Positions 1 through 9,702 of a stretch of 64,000 nt of DNA are shown here, piece by piece (the first letter of the stretch is position 1; every line of letters begins with the position of its first letter). This stretch comes from Candidatus Latescibacterota bacterium (lineage in GTDB: Bacteria > Latescibacterota > UBA2968), in contig OZ242320.1 of the NCBI GenBank assembly GCA_965208125.1, positions 3,456,001 through 3,520,000 on the forward strand. The letters are read 5' to 3'. Both the position numbers and the translations under genes were made by a program. The notes beneath the pieces are model-generated. The model was not told the origin of the DNA and did not search any database. It was given only the letters and a program-made list of their open reading frames with translations.

Positions 1-1
1 T

Positions 2-970
2 AAACTCGCGCGGGTGCAGAGATGGTTGCGCGAGGTGGCGGGTGGTAGATCTTTTCAGGTGGGGATTGCGCGTTACGGGTATCTCGCGGCGGAGTGGCGG
101 CAAGGTGTTGCGGCTGCTTCTTCGCACTCACAGGCTTCTGCGGCTAAGTCGTATTATTCGACGCTTTTGGGCATTGTGGTGGCGGGAGGCAAGTTGTCTT
201 CGCCAGATGAAAGAGTCGTCGATTACTATCCTGAGATGATGGATGTGGGCGAGCAGGAGGGTCCAAAGCCCGGGCGGTATGCGTTTGAAAAAGATCGCTA
301 TATTACGTTTCGGCATTTGATATGTAATGTGTCGGGCTATATGAAGCCGGGGGAAAAACCGGGGGAGGTTTTTCACTATCAGACTTATGGGATGAATATT
401 CTGACCCACGCAATGGCTAAAATTTATGGGTGTTACGATGCAGATGATCCCGAGGGTTTGCCGGGGTGCGGGAAGGTGATAGAAGAAAAGTTGCGCGATC
501 CCATTGGCGGGACCTGGACGCATTCGCATTCTAATTTTGATCTGTGGCCCAGTGCGCGGTTAAATATTTTCGGGTATTACACGCAGGTGCATACCACATT
601 GCGCGACCAATTGAGGGTGGGACATTTGTGGGGCAACTACGGTAATTGGAATGGGGTTCAGGTTGCGCCGGAGAATTACTTGCGCGAGGCAACAGTGACG
701 AATGATTTTCTTCTGAAAAACGAACCCGAAGAGAACTGGAAATACGGACACGGATTCTGGTGCAATGATCGCGGGATGCAGTGGGCAGATGCACCGAGGG
801 ATTCTTTTGCTGCATCGGGTGCTGGTGCCAAACATGTCTGGATGTGCCCGCGGTTGGGGCTGGTTATCGCGCAAAATCCAGGGTTGTGGGATCAGTTCAG
901 GGAAGAGCGGGATAAGGTCGGGAGCCAGAATGAGGTGATTGCGCGAGTTGTGAATGCGGTGAAGACTTAG
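2..970 (+). CDS. Serine hydrolase, beta-lactamase/AmpC-like family (5' end runs off the window)
   Basis: SxxK motif (SAAK), ITFRHL and F-H-Y motifs; the frame is open to the window edge. Confidence 0.75.
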   Translation, partial: KLARVQRWLREVAGGRSFQVGIARYGYLAAEWRQGVAAASSHSQASAAKSYYSTLLGIVVAGGKLSSPDERVVDYYPEMMDVGEQEGPKPGRYAFEKDRYITFRHLICNVSGYMKPGEKPGEVFHYQTYGMNILTHAMAKIYGCYDADDPEGLPGCGKVIEEKLRDPIGGTWTHSHSNFDLWPSARLNIFGYYTQVHTTLRDQLRVGHLWGNYGNWNGVQVAPENYLREATVTNDFLLKNEPEENWKYGHGFWCNDRGMQWADAPRDSFAASGAGAKHVWMCPRLGLVIAQNPGLWDQFREERDKVGSQNEVIARVVNAVKT

Positions 971-1046
971 GAATTGCTTGCACTCTGCACTATCGCATCA
1001 TGTATCAATCACATTCAATGGGAGAGTGAGATTTCCGTAGAATAAC

Positions 1047-1074
1047 TTGACACAAAACAACGCGAGGCTATTTT
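1047..1074 (+). promoter_or_regulatory. Sigma70-like promoter
   Basis: TTGACA-16 nt-TATTTT, 7 nt upstream of the ATG at 1082 (leaderless geometry). Confidence 0.55.
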
Positions 1075-1081
1075 GGCTAAC

Positions 1082-1183
1082 ATGAAAACTACGATCACAC
1101 TTGATACAGATGTGGAGAAGGCAATGCACCGACAGGGCAAGAGCTTCCAGGAAAACTTAAATCACAGATCGTTCAGGCTGTGA
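1082..1183 (+). pseudogene. Truncated VapB/CopG-like RHH antitoxin remnant (33 aa)
   Basis: Manual translation MKTTITLDTDVEKAMHRQGKSFQENLNHRSFRL resembles the MRTTITLDDD...GxSFKE antitoxin N-terminus; no toxin follows. Confidence 0.55.
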
Positions 1184-1199
1184 AGAGGATATTTGCATT

Positions 1200-2774
1200 A
1201 TGCGCTTCTTCAATACTGCTGGTCCCATCAAGCCCGAAAGGCACTACTGCATCCTGCCTCTGGAACGCTTAAATATGGACGAGGTGCTCGCACTCATCCG
1301 AGACGAGAAATACTTTGTCTTGCACGCGCCTCGGCAGACGGGCAAGACTTCTGCTTTGCTGGCATTGCGCGACCTGCTCAACGCTCAGGACACCTATCGC
1401 TGTGTGTACGTCAACGTTGAAGGTGGACAGGCCGCGCGCGAAGATGTGGAACTGGTGATGCGCACCTTTTTGGGTGAGTTGGCATCTCGGGCGCGTTCAG
1501 TAGGTGACGAATTTTTGGACGAGATCTGGTTCGACATCCTGGCGAAATACGGGCCTCACACTGCACTGCGCGAGGCGTTGATGCGCTGGGCACAGGCTGC
1601 TCCGAAGCCATTGGTGTTGCTCATTGACGAGATCGATTCTCTGATTGGCGATTCTCTGCTGTCCGTGTTGCGGCAGTTGCGGGCTGGCTATGACCGTCGC
1701 CCGGAGGGTTTTCCGCAAAGTGTGGTGCTGTGTGGGGTGCGCGATGTGCGCGATTACCGCATCCAATCAACGGCAGAGAATGCGATTATTGCCGGTGGCA
1801 GTGCGTTTAATATCAGAGCGCGATCTTTGCGCCTGGGCGACTTCTCGCGTGACGAGGTGCTCGCCCTGCTCAACCAGCATACGGATGAGACAGGACAGGT
1901 GTTCACTCCTGCTGCGTTGGAACTGATCTGGAGACAGACCCAGGGGCAGCCGTGGCTGGTCAACGCGCTGGCGGAAGAAACCTGTTTCTATGGCGAAGCC
2001 GCAGAGGACCGGGGTATCTCGATTACTGCCGACGCCATCCGCGACGCTCGTGAGCAACTCATCCTGCGCCGGGAGATACACCTCGACCAACTCGCCGACA
2101 AGTTGCAGGAGAAGCGCGTGCAGCGCGTGATTGAACCGCTGCTGAGTGGTGGAGAGGACAGCGACTTCTCCACTCGCGATCTCGAATATGTCCGCGACCT
2201 GGGTTTGATCGCATCCGAAGATCCACTCCGTATTGCCAATCCGATCTATGCAGAAGTCGTCCCGCGCGAATTGACCTACGCAGCCCAGGTCGGGATCAAT
2301 GAGGACACAGAATGGTATGTCAATGCCGATGGCAGTTTGAATGTGGTGAAATTAATGACCGCGTTTCAGACCTTTTTCCGCGAGCACTCAGAGCATTGGG
2401 TGACGCGGTTTCAATATCAGGAGGCAGGGCCGCAGTTGCTGTTGCAGGCATTTCTGCCGCGCATTGTGAACAGTGGCGGACGCATTGAACGGGAGTATGG
2501 TCTGGGGCGAATGCGTACGGATTTGCTGATCGTCTGGCCGCAGGGTGATCAGACGCGCAAGATTGTGATTGAGTGTAAATTGCTCCACAAGAGTCTGGAC
2601 CAGACCATTGCCGATGGCCTGGATCAGACCGCCGAGTACATGGATCGGTGCGATGCAGAGGCGGGTCATCTGGTGGTTTTTGACCGCCGTGATGGGAGAC
2701 GTTGGGCGGACAAAGTATTCCACGATCGCCGGACATCAAGCAGTGGGGTCGAGATTGAGGTGTGGGGGATGTGA
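1200..2774 (+). CDS. AAA-like ATPase with C-terminal PD-(D/E)XK-type nuclease domain
   Basis: Walker A APRQTGKTS, Walker B LLIDEID, C-terminal RTDL...IECK. Confidence 0.8.
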   Translation: MRFFNTAGPIKPERHYCILPLERLNMDEVLALIRDEKYFVLHAPRQTGKTSALLALRDLLNAQDTYRCVYVNVEGGQAAREDVELVMRTFLGELASRARSVGDEFLDEIWFDILAKYGPHTALREALMRWAQAAPKPLVLLIDEIDSLIGDSLLSVLRQLRAGYDRRPEGFPQSVVLCGVRDVRDYRIQSTAENAIIAGGSAFNIRARSLRLGDFSRDEVLALLNQHTDETGQVFTPAALELIWRQTQGQPWLVNALAEETCFYGEAAEDRGISITADAIRDAREQLILRREIHLDQLADKLQEKRVQRVIEPLLSGGEDSDFSTRDLEYVRDLGLIASEDPLRIANPIYAEVVPRELTYAAQVGINEDTEWYVNADGSLNVVKLMTAFQTFFREHSEHWVTRFQYQEAGPQLLLQAFLPRIVNSGGRIEREYGLGRMRTDLLIVWPQGDQTRKIVIECKLLHKSLDQTIADGLDQTAEYMDRCDAEAGHLVVFDRRDGRRWADKVFHDRRTSSSGVEIEVWGM

Positions 2775-2845
2775 GGCATTCCCGCACATTATCCATTTAC
2801 TGATGTTACGCCGTTTATCTACAATGGGCTGTCATTAGAGAGAGG

Positions 2846-4174
2846 ATGAAAATGGATGCAAAAACCAAAAAGTTGCAGGTGGATCAGGCTGTGAAATCGC
2901 AGTCGCGACGGGCGTTTAAGCTGTCGCGGAGTATTCACGGCTGGGCAGAGCGGCCGTTTCAGGAATACGAGTCGTCAAAGGCGTTGGCGGCGTATTTGGA
3001 GGAGAACGGATTTCAAATTGAATTTCCGTTTAAAAAGATCCCGACGGCTTTTCGCGCCACATGGGGCACGGGCAAACCCATTATTGGCATGTTGGGGGAG
3101 TACGACGCATTGCCCAATTGCGGTGCCGAGGAGGGTACCTGGGGGCACGGCTGAGGTCATAATCTTTTGGGCGTTGCCCCGGCCGCAGGTGCGGTTGCTG
3201 CAAAAACAGTGTTGGAAAATTTGAAGTCGCCCGGTCAGATTATTTACTACGGCTGTCCGGCTGAAGAGACGCTGGCGGGCAAGGTGTATATGGCCCGCGA
3301 TGGTGCGTTTCGAGATCTGGATGCGGTGCTGGCATGGCATCCGGGATCGAGTACGGGTGTTAGTAATTATGGTGGTTCGTCGCTGGATTCGCTGGTGTAT
3401 GAGTTTTTTGGCAAGACGTCTCACGGCGCGAGTGCTCACAATGGGCGCAGTGCATTGGACGGGGTGATGTTGATGGATGTTGCGGCGAATTATTTGCGCG
3501 AGCATGTTCCCGAAAATGTGCGTATCCATTGTGTGATCCGTGACGGTGGGGATGCGCCCAATGTGGTGCCGGCTTATGCGAAGGTGTGGTACTATGTGCG
3601 TGGGAAGGATCGTGAACAGGTGAATAAAGTACGCAAGCGATTGACTAAGTGCGCCAAAGGTGCGGCGATGGCTACGGAAACAACTATGAAATGGCATCGT
3701 ATCACGGCTGTGTACCCGCGTTTGCCAAATGATGTGATGTGCGAAACTGTGCGCAAAAATCTCGAATTATTCGGTCCACCTCGTGCGTCAAAAAAAGATA
3801 AGGAACGCGTAAAGGAATTGGGATACAAAGGTGAATTTGACGGGAAGATCAAAAAGGGGAAGGGGTCGCAGGGGCGTGGGTCTTCGGATGAAGATAATGT
3901 GTCGTGGCTGGCACCGATGGGGCGGTTTCAGATGGTGTGTTATACCAAGGGCACGCCGGGCCATCACCGCGATATGACCGCACAGGCGATCATGCCTTAT
4001 GCCGAGCGCGCGGTTTTGCAAACGGCCAAGGTGTTTGCGGGATCGGCTATTGATCTGATTTTGGACAAAAAGGTGTTGCAAGCAGCGCGTGCGGAATTTA
4101 AGAAGGGAACGAAGGGGTTTGAGTACGATCCGTTGATTCCGAAACGCCAGAAGGTTCCCGTGGATCCTCCATAG
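2846..4174 (+). CDS. M20D/AbgB-like amidohydrolase with in-frame TGA (3152-3154); candidate selenoprotein of 442 aa
   Basis: ORFs 2846..3154 and 3167..4174 share a frame; readthrough gives EYDALP..GHG-U-GHNLLG, then GCPAEE, WHP, GSSD; RBS upstream of 2846. Confidence 0.8.
3174..3203 (+). promoter_or_regulatory. Putative bacterial SECIS hairpin
   Basis: Upper stem GGCCGC/GCGGTT with loop AGGT (3187-3190); lower stem TTGC/GCAA; 32 nt separate the TGA from the loop. Confidence 0.65.
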
Positions 4175-4180
4175 AAGGAG

Positions 4181-5179
4181 ATGGTCGTGAAAGCACAACG
4201 ATTAATATGCACAGATGTCCGGCGGATTGAATTAGAGGATTTTGAACTGCTGCGTGTGCCAGATAATGGCATTTTGGTGCAGAATGATTATACCGCTGTG
4301 AGTGTGGGTACGGAAATTTACAATTATGCACATGGGGGTGAACCGTCGCGTGCGAGAACATTTCCGCGGCCAACGGGGTATTGCAATACGGGTGTGGTGC
4401 TCGAGGTGGGCAAAGATGTGAAGGGGATAGAACCAGGTGATCGTATTGCCGCGCAGGGCAATCACGCCAGTCATGCGGTCATGAGCGGGAATTTTTTTAG
4501 AGTGCCCGAAGGTGTTTCGCCCAGGTCCGCGGCTTTTATGGTTATGTGTGCTATTGCCATGCACGGGCACCGGGTTGGGCGTCCGGAATTGGGTGAGGTT
4601 GTTGCAATTACCGGTATGGGTATTGTAGGCCAGTTGGCAGCGACCTTTGCGCGATTGGCCGGTGCGCTCCCGGTTATTGCGATTGATCTGGATGTTTTTC
4701 GGTTGGGTAAAGCGAGAGACAGGGGCGCAGATGTTTGTGTCAATCCCAATAATGCAGGGGATGTCGCCGAAGTGGTGCGCGAGCATTGCGTGGGCGATGG
4801 TGTCGATCTGGTTATTGAAGCGACGGGTATTCCGGCGGTTTATCCCATGGCGTTGACTTTGCCGCGGTTGGGAGGGCGTCTGGTCGCTTTGGGGTCTCCT
4901 CGCGGTACCGTGGAGGTTAGTTTTTTGCCCGAGGTTCATTTGCGCGAGATCACAATTCTGGGCGCGCATCAGCCCAAGACGCCGGATAATGACCATATTT
5001 ATTATCCGTGGAGTAAGCACAGAGATCGCGAACTAATTTTGCGTTTGATGGCTGCGGGCAAGTTGCCCATCGAAGATTTGATTACCCATGTTGTCAATCC
5101 CGCCGATTGCCAGGCTACCTACGATATGCTCGCCGATAATCCGAGAGAAGTGTTGGGCGTGGTATTTGAGTGGAGGTGA
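4181..5179 (+). CDS. MDR-family (zinc-binding dehydrogenase-like) oxidoreductase
   Basis: SVGTE, GMGIVG Rossmann motif, VIEATG. Confidence 0.85.
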   Translation: MVVKAQRLICTDVRRIELEDFELLRVPDNGILVQNDYTAVSVGTEIYNYAHGGEPSRARTFPRPTGYCNTGVVLEVGKDVKGIEPGDRIAAQGNHASHAVMSGNFFRVPEGVSPRSAAFMVMCAIAMHGHRVGRPELGEVVAITGMGIVGQLAATFARLAGALPVIAIDLDVFRLGKARDRGADVCVNPNNAGDVAEVVREHCVGDGVDLVIEATGIPAVYPMALTLPRLGGRLVALGSPRGTVEVSFLPEVHLREITILGAHQPKTPDNDHIYYPWSKHRDRELILRLMAAGKLPIEDLITHVVNPADCQATYDMLADNPREVLGVVFEWR

Positions 5180-5229
5180 TCTCGCCTGCTGAAATAAAAT
5201 CCCTGTCAGAACCATAGAGGAGATCGAAT

Positions 5230-6201
5230 ATGAGACGCCACTCTTTTGGAAGTCGTGCTGTAGTAAAGGTTTTCGGATTCTATCTTCTTTTGTTTTTCTC
5301 GTTTTCCGTCTTTGCTAATATCAGAAAAGTTTTCGCACAACAAGTCTCACAAAGCAGAGGTTTGGCTTCACAGATGTCAGAGATAGCAACCATTAAAAAT
5401 TACAAGTACGGCCCCCATGAGCGGAACGTATTTGATTTTTATCCGGCACAATCGGACGAACCCACCCCTGTTGCAGTGTATATTCACGGCGGCGGTTTCA
5501 GAAACGGCAGCAAGGATGGGATTGGTAATAAGACATTGAAAGCTTTATTAGATGCGGGCATTTCTGTCGCGGCTTTTAACTATCGCTATGTCCAGCAGGC
5601 TCCTTTGCCTGCTGCGCACTACGATTGTCGGCGAGCGCTTCAGCTTCTGCGTTCCAAAGCCACCGAATGGAACATCGATAAAAATCGGATCGGTGCATTT
5701 GGCGGATCGGCTGGGGCACAAATTTGCATGTATCTTGCTTTTCACGAAGACATGGCCCGTCCAGACAGCGATGATCCAATCGAACGCGAATCTACCAGAC
5801 TTCAGGCCGTGGCCACATCTGGCGGTCAGACCACGATGGACGTTGCCTGGTGGAAGAAGAATATTCCCGGGTACGACGAGTCCCATCGAGATTTTTATCA
5901 GACATTAGGCGCAACGACCCAGGAAGAATATCAGAATCGCGTAAGCGAGATTTCGGCGCTTGATTTGGTATCAAAGGACGACCCCGCTATTTATATGAGC
6001 TATAGAATGTCACCGAAAGATCCTGTGCCAGAAGGACAGACTGCTCGTGGTTGGAAAGTGCATCACGTGCAGTTTGGTGTTGCTTTACAAGAAAAAATGA
6101 CAGCGCTTGGTATAGAATCTGATCTGGTTTATCCAGGTTCAAAAAATAAATATCAAAGCAATGTTGACTACTTTATCTCAATGTTAAAAAATAGGAAATA
6201 G
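5230..6201 (+). CDS. Secreted alpha/beta hydrolase (esterase/lipase)
   Basis: HGGGF, GGSAG nucleophile elbow, N-terminal hydrophobic segment; start uncertain. Confidence 0.8.
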   Translation: MRRHSFGSRAVVKVFGFYLLLFFSFSVFANIRKVFAQQVSQSRGLASQMSEIATIKNYKYGPHERNVFDFYPAQSDEPTPVAVYIHGGGFRNGSKDGIGNKTLKALLDAGISVAAFNYRYVQQAPLPAAHYDCRRALQLLRSKATEWNIDKNRIGAFGGSAGAQICMYLAFHEDMARPDSDDPIERESTRLQAVATSGGQTTMDVAWWKKNIPGYDESHRDFYQTLGATTQEEYQNRVSEISALDLVSKDDPAIYMSYRMSPKDPVPEGQTARGWKVHHVQFGVALQEKMTALGIESDLVYPGSKNKYQSNVDYFISMLKNRK

Positions 6202-6315
6202 ACGGGTTTGAGACACCAGTTTGGAGCTTTTTTCTTTGACAAGTTACTTTTGGGGCGCAATTATAGAGGTGCATAAATGCAGACCTACTGTTCAAAATAT
6301 TTTACGAGGTGATTG

Positions 6316-6813
6316 ATGGCTTTCAAGACTACTGATTTGTGCGATGAGCACGAAACCGATCCAGCACTTCAAGTTGCCGAACCGATATTCAATGACTATG
6401 GCGGCGTGATGGCATTTTGCGGTCCGATTGCCACGGTCAAAGTTTGCGAAGACAATGTGCTGGTGCGCGAGATCCTCGAAACCCCGGGCGAGGGGCGCGT
6501 TCTCGTCGTCGATGGCGAGGGCTCGATGTGGTGTGCGCTGTTGGGGGATATGGTCGCTGAAATCGCCAGTGACAATGGCTGGTCGGGGATTGTCATAAAT
6601 GGCGGTGTGCGCGATGTGTCTGAACTTGCACAAATTGGAATAGGCGTCAAAGCACGCTTTGCTGTGCCGCGCCGCAGCCGAAAAGAAGGCAAGGGCCGCC
6701 AAAATACGCCTCTTGCTTTTGCCGGTGTCGCCTTTCTTCCGGGCGATTATCTCTACGCCGATGAAGACGGTATTTTGATTGCTACGAGAGATTTGTTAGA
6801 CGCGCAGGATTGA
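6316..6813 (+). CDS. rraA: RraA family protein / HMG aldolase-like
   Basis: TTDLCD, EDNVLV, VVDGEG, ALLGD, YADEDG motifs. Confidence 0.9.
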   Translation: MAFKTTDLCDEHETDPALQVAEPIFNDYGGVMAFCGPIATVKVCEDNVLVREILETPGEGRVLVVDGEGSMWCALLGDMVAEIASDNGWSGIVINGGVRDVSELAQIGIGVKARFAVPRRSRKEGKGRQNTPLAFAGVAFLPGDYLYADEDGILIATRDLLDAQD

Positions 6814-6847
6814 CCTGCAATACAACCTTACACTATGGAGACAAAAT

Positions 6848-8215
6848 ATGCCGCAGACGGATCGGCCCAATATTCTCTTTATTATGGACGACCAGCATCG
6901 TTTTGATTACATGGGCTGTGCAGGTGCTGATTTTGTTCGCACACCCAATATTGACCGCCTGGCAAAGCAGGGGGTGCATTTTACCCAATGCACGACGAAT
7001 TGCCCTGTTTGCGCGCCTTCGCGCATTGCACTGGCTTCTGGCATGCAGCCCTCGCGCCTCGGTTGCGTTGGGAACAATTGCTTCTTGCCTCGCAGCCAAC
7101 CGACTTATTACCAGCAATTGCGCGATTATAATTATTATGTGGGTTGTGTGGGCAAGCTCGATCTGGCCAAACCCGACGGATACAATGGACGCGATGGCGA
7201 CAGGCCAGCTACGTATATGTGGGGCTTTACTCATCCGGTCGAATGCGAGGGCAAAATGCACGCTGGGCATTCCAAAACACCACAGGGCCCTTATAACCAC
7301 TTTTTGGAGGAAAGAGGGTTGCTCGGTGCTTTTGTCGATGATTATACCCGTCGCTCCAAAGAGGGTTATCACGCTTCCTGTCACGATTCGGTCTTACCTA
7401 CCGAAGCTTTTGAGGATGTGTATATTGGGCAGCGATCTGTCGAGTGGATTGAGAATATCCCCGGGGATTTTCCCTGGCATTTATTTGTGAGCTTTGTGGG
7501 ACCTCACGATCCTTTTGATCCGCCAGCCGAATACGGAGAGAAGTACCGCGATGCAGAGATGCCACCCGCCACGCCTGCTAATTTGCCGGGTAAACCCGCT
7601 TACTTAAAAGATCGCATCAAAGACATGACCCCGGAAAAAATTGCAGAGACCCGACGGCAATATTGCGCGGCAATTGAAGTTATTGACGATCAGATCGGCG
7701 AGATGCTCGCGGCAGTGGAACGGCGGGGGATGGCCGATAATACGTATGTTATCTTTTCCAGTGATCACGGAGAAATGCTGGGCGATCACGGTTTGTACAC
7801 CAAAAGTGTGCCTTACGAAGCATCGGTACATGTTCCGCTCATTGTTGCGGGGCCTGGGATTGAAGGCGGTCGCGTCTCAGATGCTCTCGTTGAACTCATT
7901 GACATGAATCCAACGATATGTGATCTTGCTGGCGTGCCTCCGCTTTCGGATATCGATGCGCGATCAATTGGCGCGGTGCTTCGCGGAGAGGCAGAGGAAC
8001 ACCGCACGGAAACCGTGAGTGGCATACAAAATTTCAGGTGTATCCGTACGCGGGAGTACAAATTGGTGGAGAACTACAACGATGTTACGGAACTCTACGA
8101 TCTGATCGCTGATCCTGCAGAAGAACACAATATTGCCGAACAAGAGCCAGAGGTACGGCGCGAATTGTCTCGCCGTCTCTCAGCGCGTTATTTAGAAGGC
8201 ACATGGTATCGGTAG
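6848..8215 (+). CDS. Sulfatase (Cys-type, formylglycine-dependent)
   Basis: PNILFI, CAPSR, PHDP, SDHGE. Confidence 0.92.
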   Translation: MPQTDRPNILFIMDDQHRFDYMGCAGADFVRTPNIDRLAKQGVHFTQCTTNCPVCAPSRIALASGMQPSRLGCVGNNCFLPRSQPTYYQQLRDYNYYVGCVGKLDLAKPDGYNGRDGDRPATYMWGFTHPVECEGKMHAGHSKTPQGPYNHFLEERGLLGAFVDDYTRRSKEGYHASCHDSVLPTEAFEDVYIGQRSVEWIENIPGDFPWHLFVSFVGPHDPFDPPAEYGEKYRDAEMPPATPANLPGKPAYLKDRIKDMTPEKIAETRRQYCAAIEVIDDQIGEMLAAVERRGMADNTYVIFSSDHGEMLGDHGLYTKSVPYEASVHVPLIVAGPGIEGGRVSDALVELIDMNPTICDLAGVPPLSDIDARSIGAVLRGEAEEHRTETVSGIQNFRCIRTREYKLVENYNDVTELYDLIADPAEEHNIAEQEPEVRRELSRRLSARYLEGTWYR

Positions 8216-8224
8216 GAGGGAATC

Positions 8225-9208
8225 GTGAAATACACCAAACTGCCCGGTACGGATATCGATGTCTCTGTTATTGCTCTGGGCTGCTGGCCTTTTGCTGGTG
8301 GTGATGTTTGGGGTGAGCAAGACGACGATGTGTCTATCGCCACGGTGCATGCTGCGCTTGATGCGGGTATCACTTTTTTTGATACGGCAGAAGGGTATGG
8401 CAAGTCCGAGCGCGTGCTTGGGGAAGGTCTCAAAGGTCGTCGGCAAGACGCGGTGATCGCCACCAAAGTTGGCGGCGGTCATCTTTCGTCCGATGATTTG
8501 CCCAGAGCCTGCGAACAGAGCTTGAAAAGTCTGCAAACAGATTATATCGATTTGTACCAGATTCATTGGCCCAATCACAATATTCCCATCGCAGAAACAG
8601 CAAGCGCACTTCAACGTCTCCGCGATCAGGGAAAAATTCGGGCTATTGGCGTTTGTAATTTTGCCTGCGGCGATTTGCGCGACCTGCTCGCTGTTGCCGA
8701 TATTGTCACCAATCAGTTGTCCTTTAGCTTGCTCTGGCGCGTTATTGAACGCGAGATTCAGCCGATGTGTTTGGAAAACAATATTGGCATTATCTGTTAT
8801 AGCCCGCTGATGCAGGGGTTGCTTACCGGACGTTATGCCTCTGCGGATGATGTGCCAGATGGTCTGGCGCGAACCCGCCTGTTTTCGAATGACCGCCCCA
8901 GGGCCAGACACGGTGAAGAAGGCTGTGAGGCCGAAGTGTTTGACGCGCTGGAAAAAGTTCGCGATGTTGCCGATGAAGCAGGCGTTGCAATGGCAGAGAT
9001 TGCCCTTGCCTGGGCACTACAACAACCCGGTATTACATCGCTTCTGGTGGGCGCGAGAAATCCCGATGAAGTGCAATGGAATCTCCCTTCGGTTGATCTC
9101 GCATTGTCAGAAGATATATTGCAACGCTTATCTGAAATTACAGAAGGTGTTAAAGACAAACTCGGCAATAATCCCGATATGTGGATGTCGGAGTCGAGGA
9201 TGAGGTAG
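8225..9208 (+). CDS. Aldo/keto reductase
   Basis: DTAEGY, IATK, DLYQIHWP, YSPL. Confidence 0.92.
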   Translation: MKYTKLPGTDIDVSVIALGCWPFAGGDVWGEQDDDVSIATVHAALDAGITFFDTAEGYGKSERVLGEGLKGRRQDAVIATKVGGGHLSSDDLPRACEQSLKSLQTDYIDLYQIHWPNHNIPIAETASALQRLRDQGKIRAIGVCNFACGDLRDLLAVADIVTNQLSFSLLWRVIEREIQPMCLENNIGIICYSPLMQGLLTGRYASADDVPDGLARTRLFSNDRPRARHGEEGCEAEVFDALEKVRDVADEAGVAMAEIALAWALQQPGITSLLVGARNPDEVQWNLPSVDLALSEDILQRLSEITEGVKDKLGNNPDMWMSESRMR

Positions 9209-9283
9209 TTTTGCGAAACAAATTTTACTCGTATTTGTCTCATTTTTTAGATACGCTACGTTAGAAAAGATCAGGAGGCTCTC

Positions 9284-9631
9284 ATGGCTCATCTTCAGAT
9301 TGACGACCCAGAAACATTTTTTCGCACCTTTGCAGATCTTTTAGCTGCTGGTGAAGACGACAAACACATGGCCCGAAAATTGGGGTGCTCGCGGGGCGAA
9401 AGCAAGCGCAGGCGACAGGCATTTCAAAAAGGGGGTATTGTGACGGGAAAAGGCGTATCTAAAGAAAAATTGGATGCGTGGCTGTCTTCAAGTGACGGCC
9501 AGCGCGCACAACGCCAGTGGGAAGGCCATCACAAGCGTCAACAGGCTATGGGGGCAACGGGTACCAAACCGCAAAAGGGTTTTCGCAGACAGCCCGAAGT
9601 CAAGCGCGGTTGGATGCGGCAAAAGATTTGA
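9284..9631 (+). CDS. Hypothetical basic protein with possible HTH
   Basis: Strong RBS AGGAGG, terminator downstream, MARKLGCS HTH-like segment. Confidence 0.65.
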   Translation: MAHLQIDDPETFFRTFADLLAAGEDDKHMARKLGCSRGESKRRRQAFQKGGIVTGKGVSKEKLDAWLSSSDGQRAQRQWEGHHKRQQAMGATGTKPQKGFRRQPEVKRGWMRQKI

Positions 9632-9650
9632 GGTATTACAATATCAGTTT

Positions 9651-9686
9651 AAAAAAAGGCCGATGGGCAATGTTCCATCGGCTTTT
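9651..9686. terminator. Bidirectional intrinsic terminator
   Basis: A-tract, GCCGATGG/CCATCGGC stem, T-tract, between convergent genes. Confidence 0.85.
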
Positions 9687-9702
9687 AATATTTTTATATC
9701 TC

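Noticed and set aside
3152-3154. Genome-wide TGA reassignment (Trp or Gly) as the explanation for the in-frame TGA
   Set aside because: Many full-length genes end in TGA (for example at 2774, 5179 and 17824), and the aligned residue is a conserved Cys
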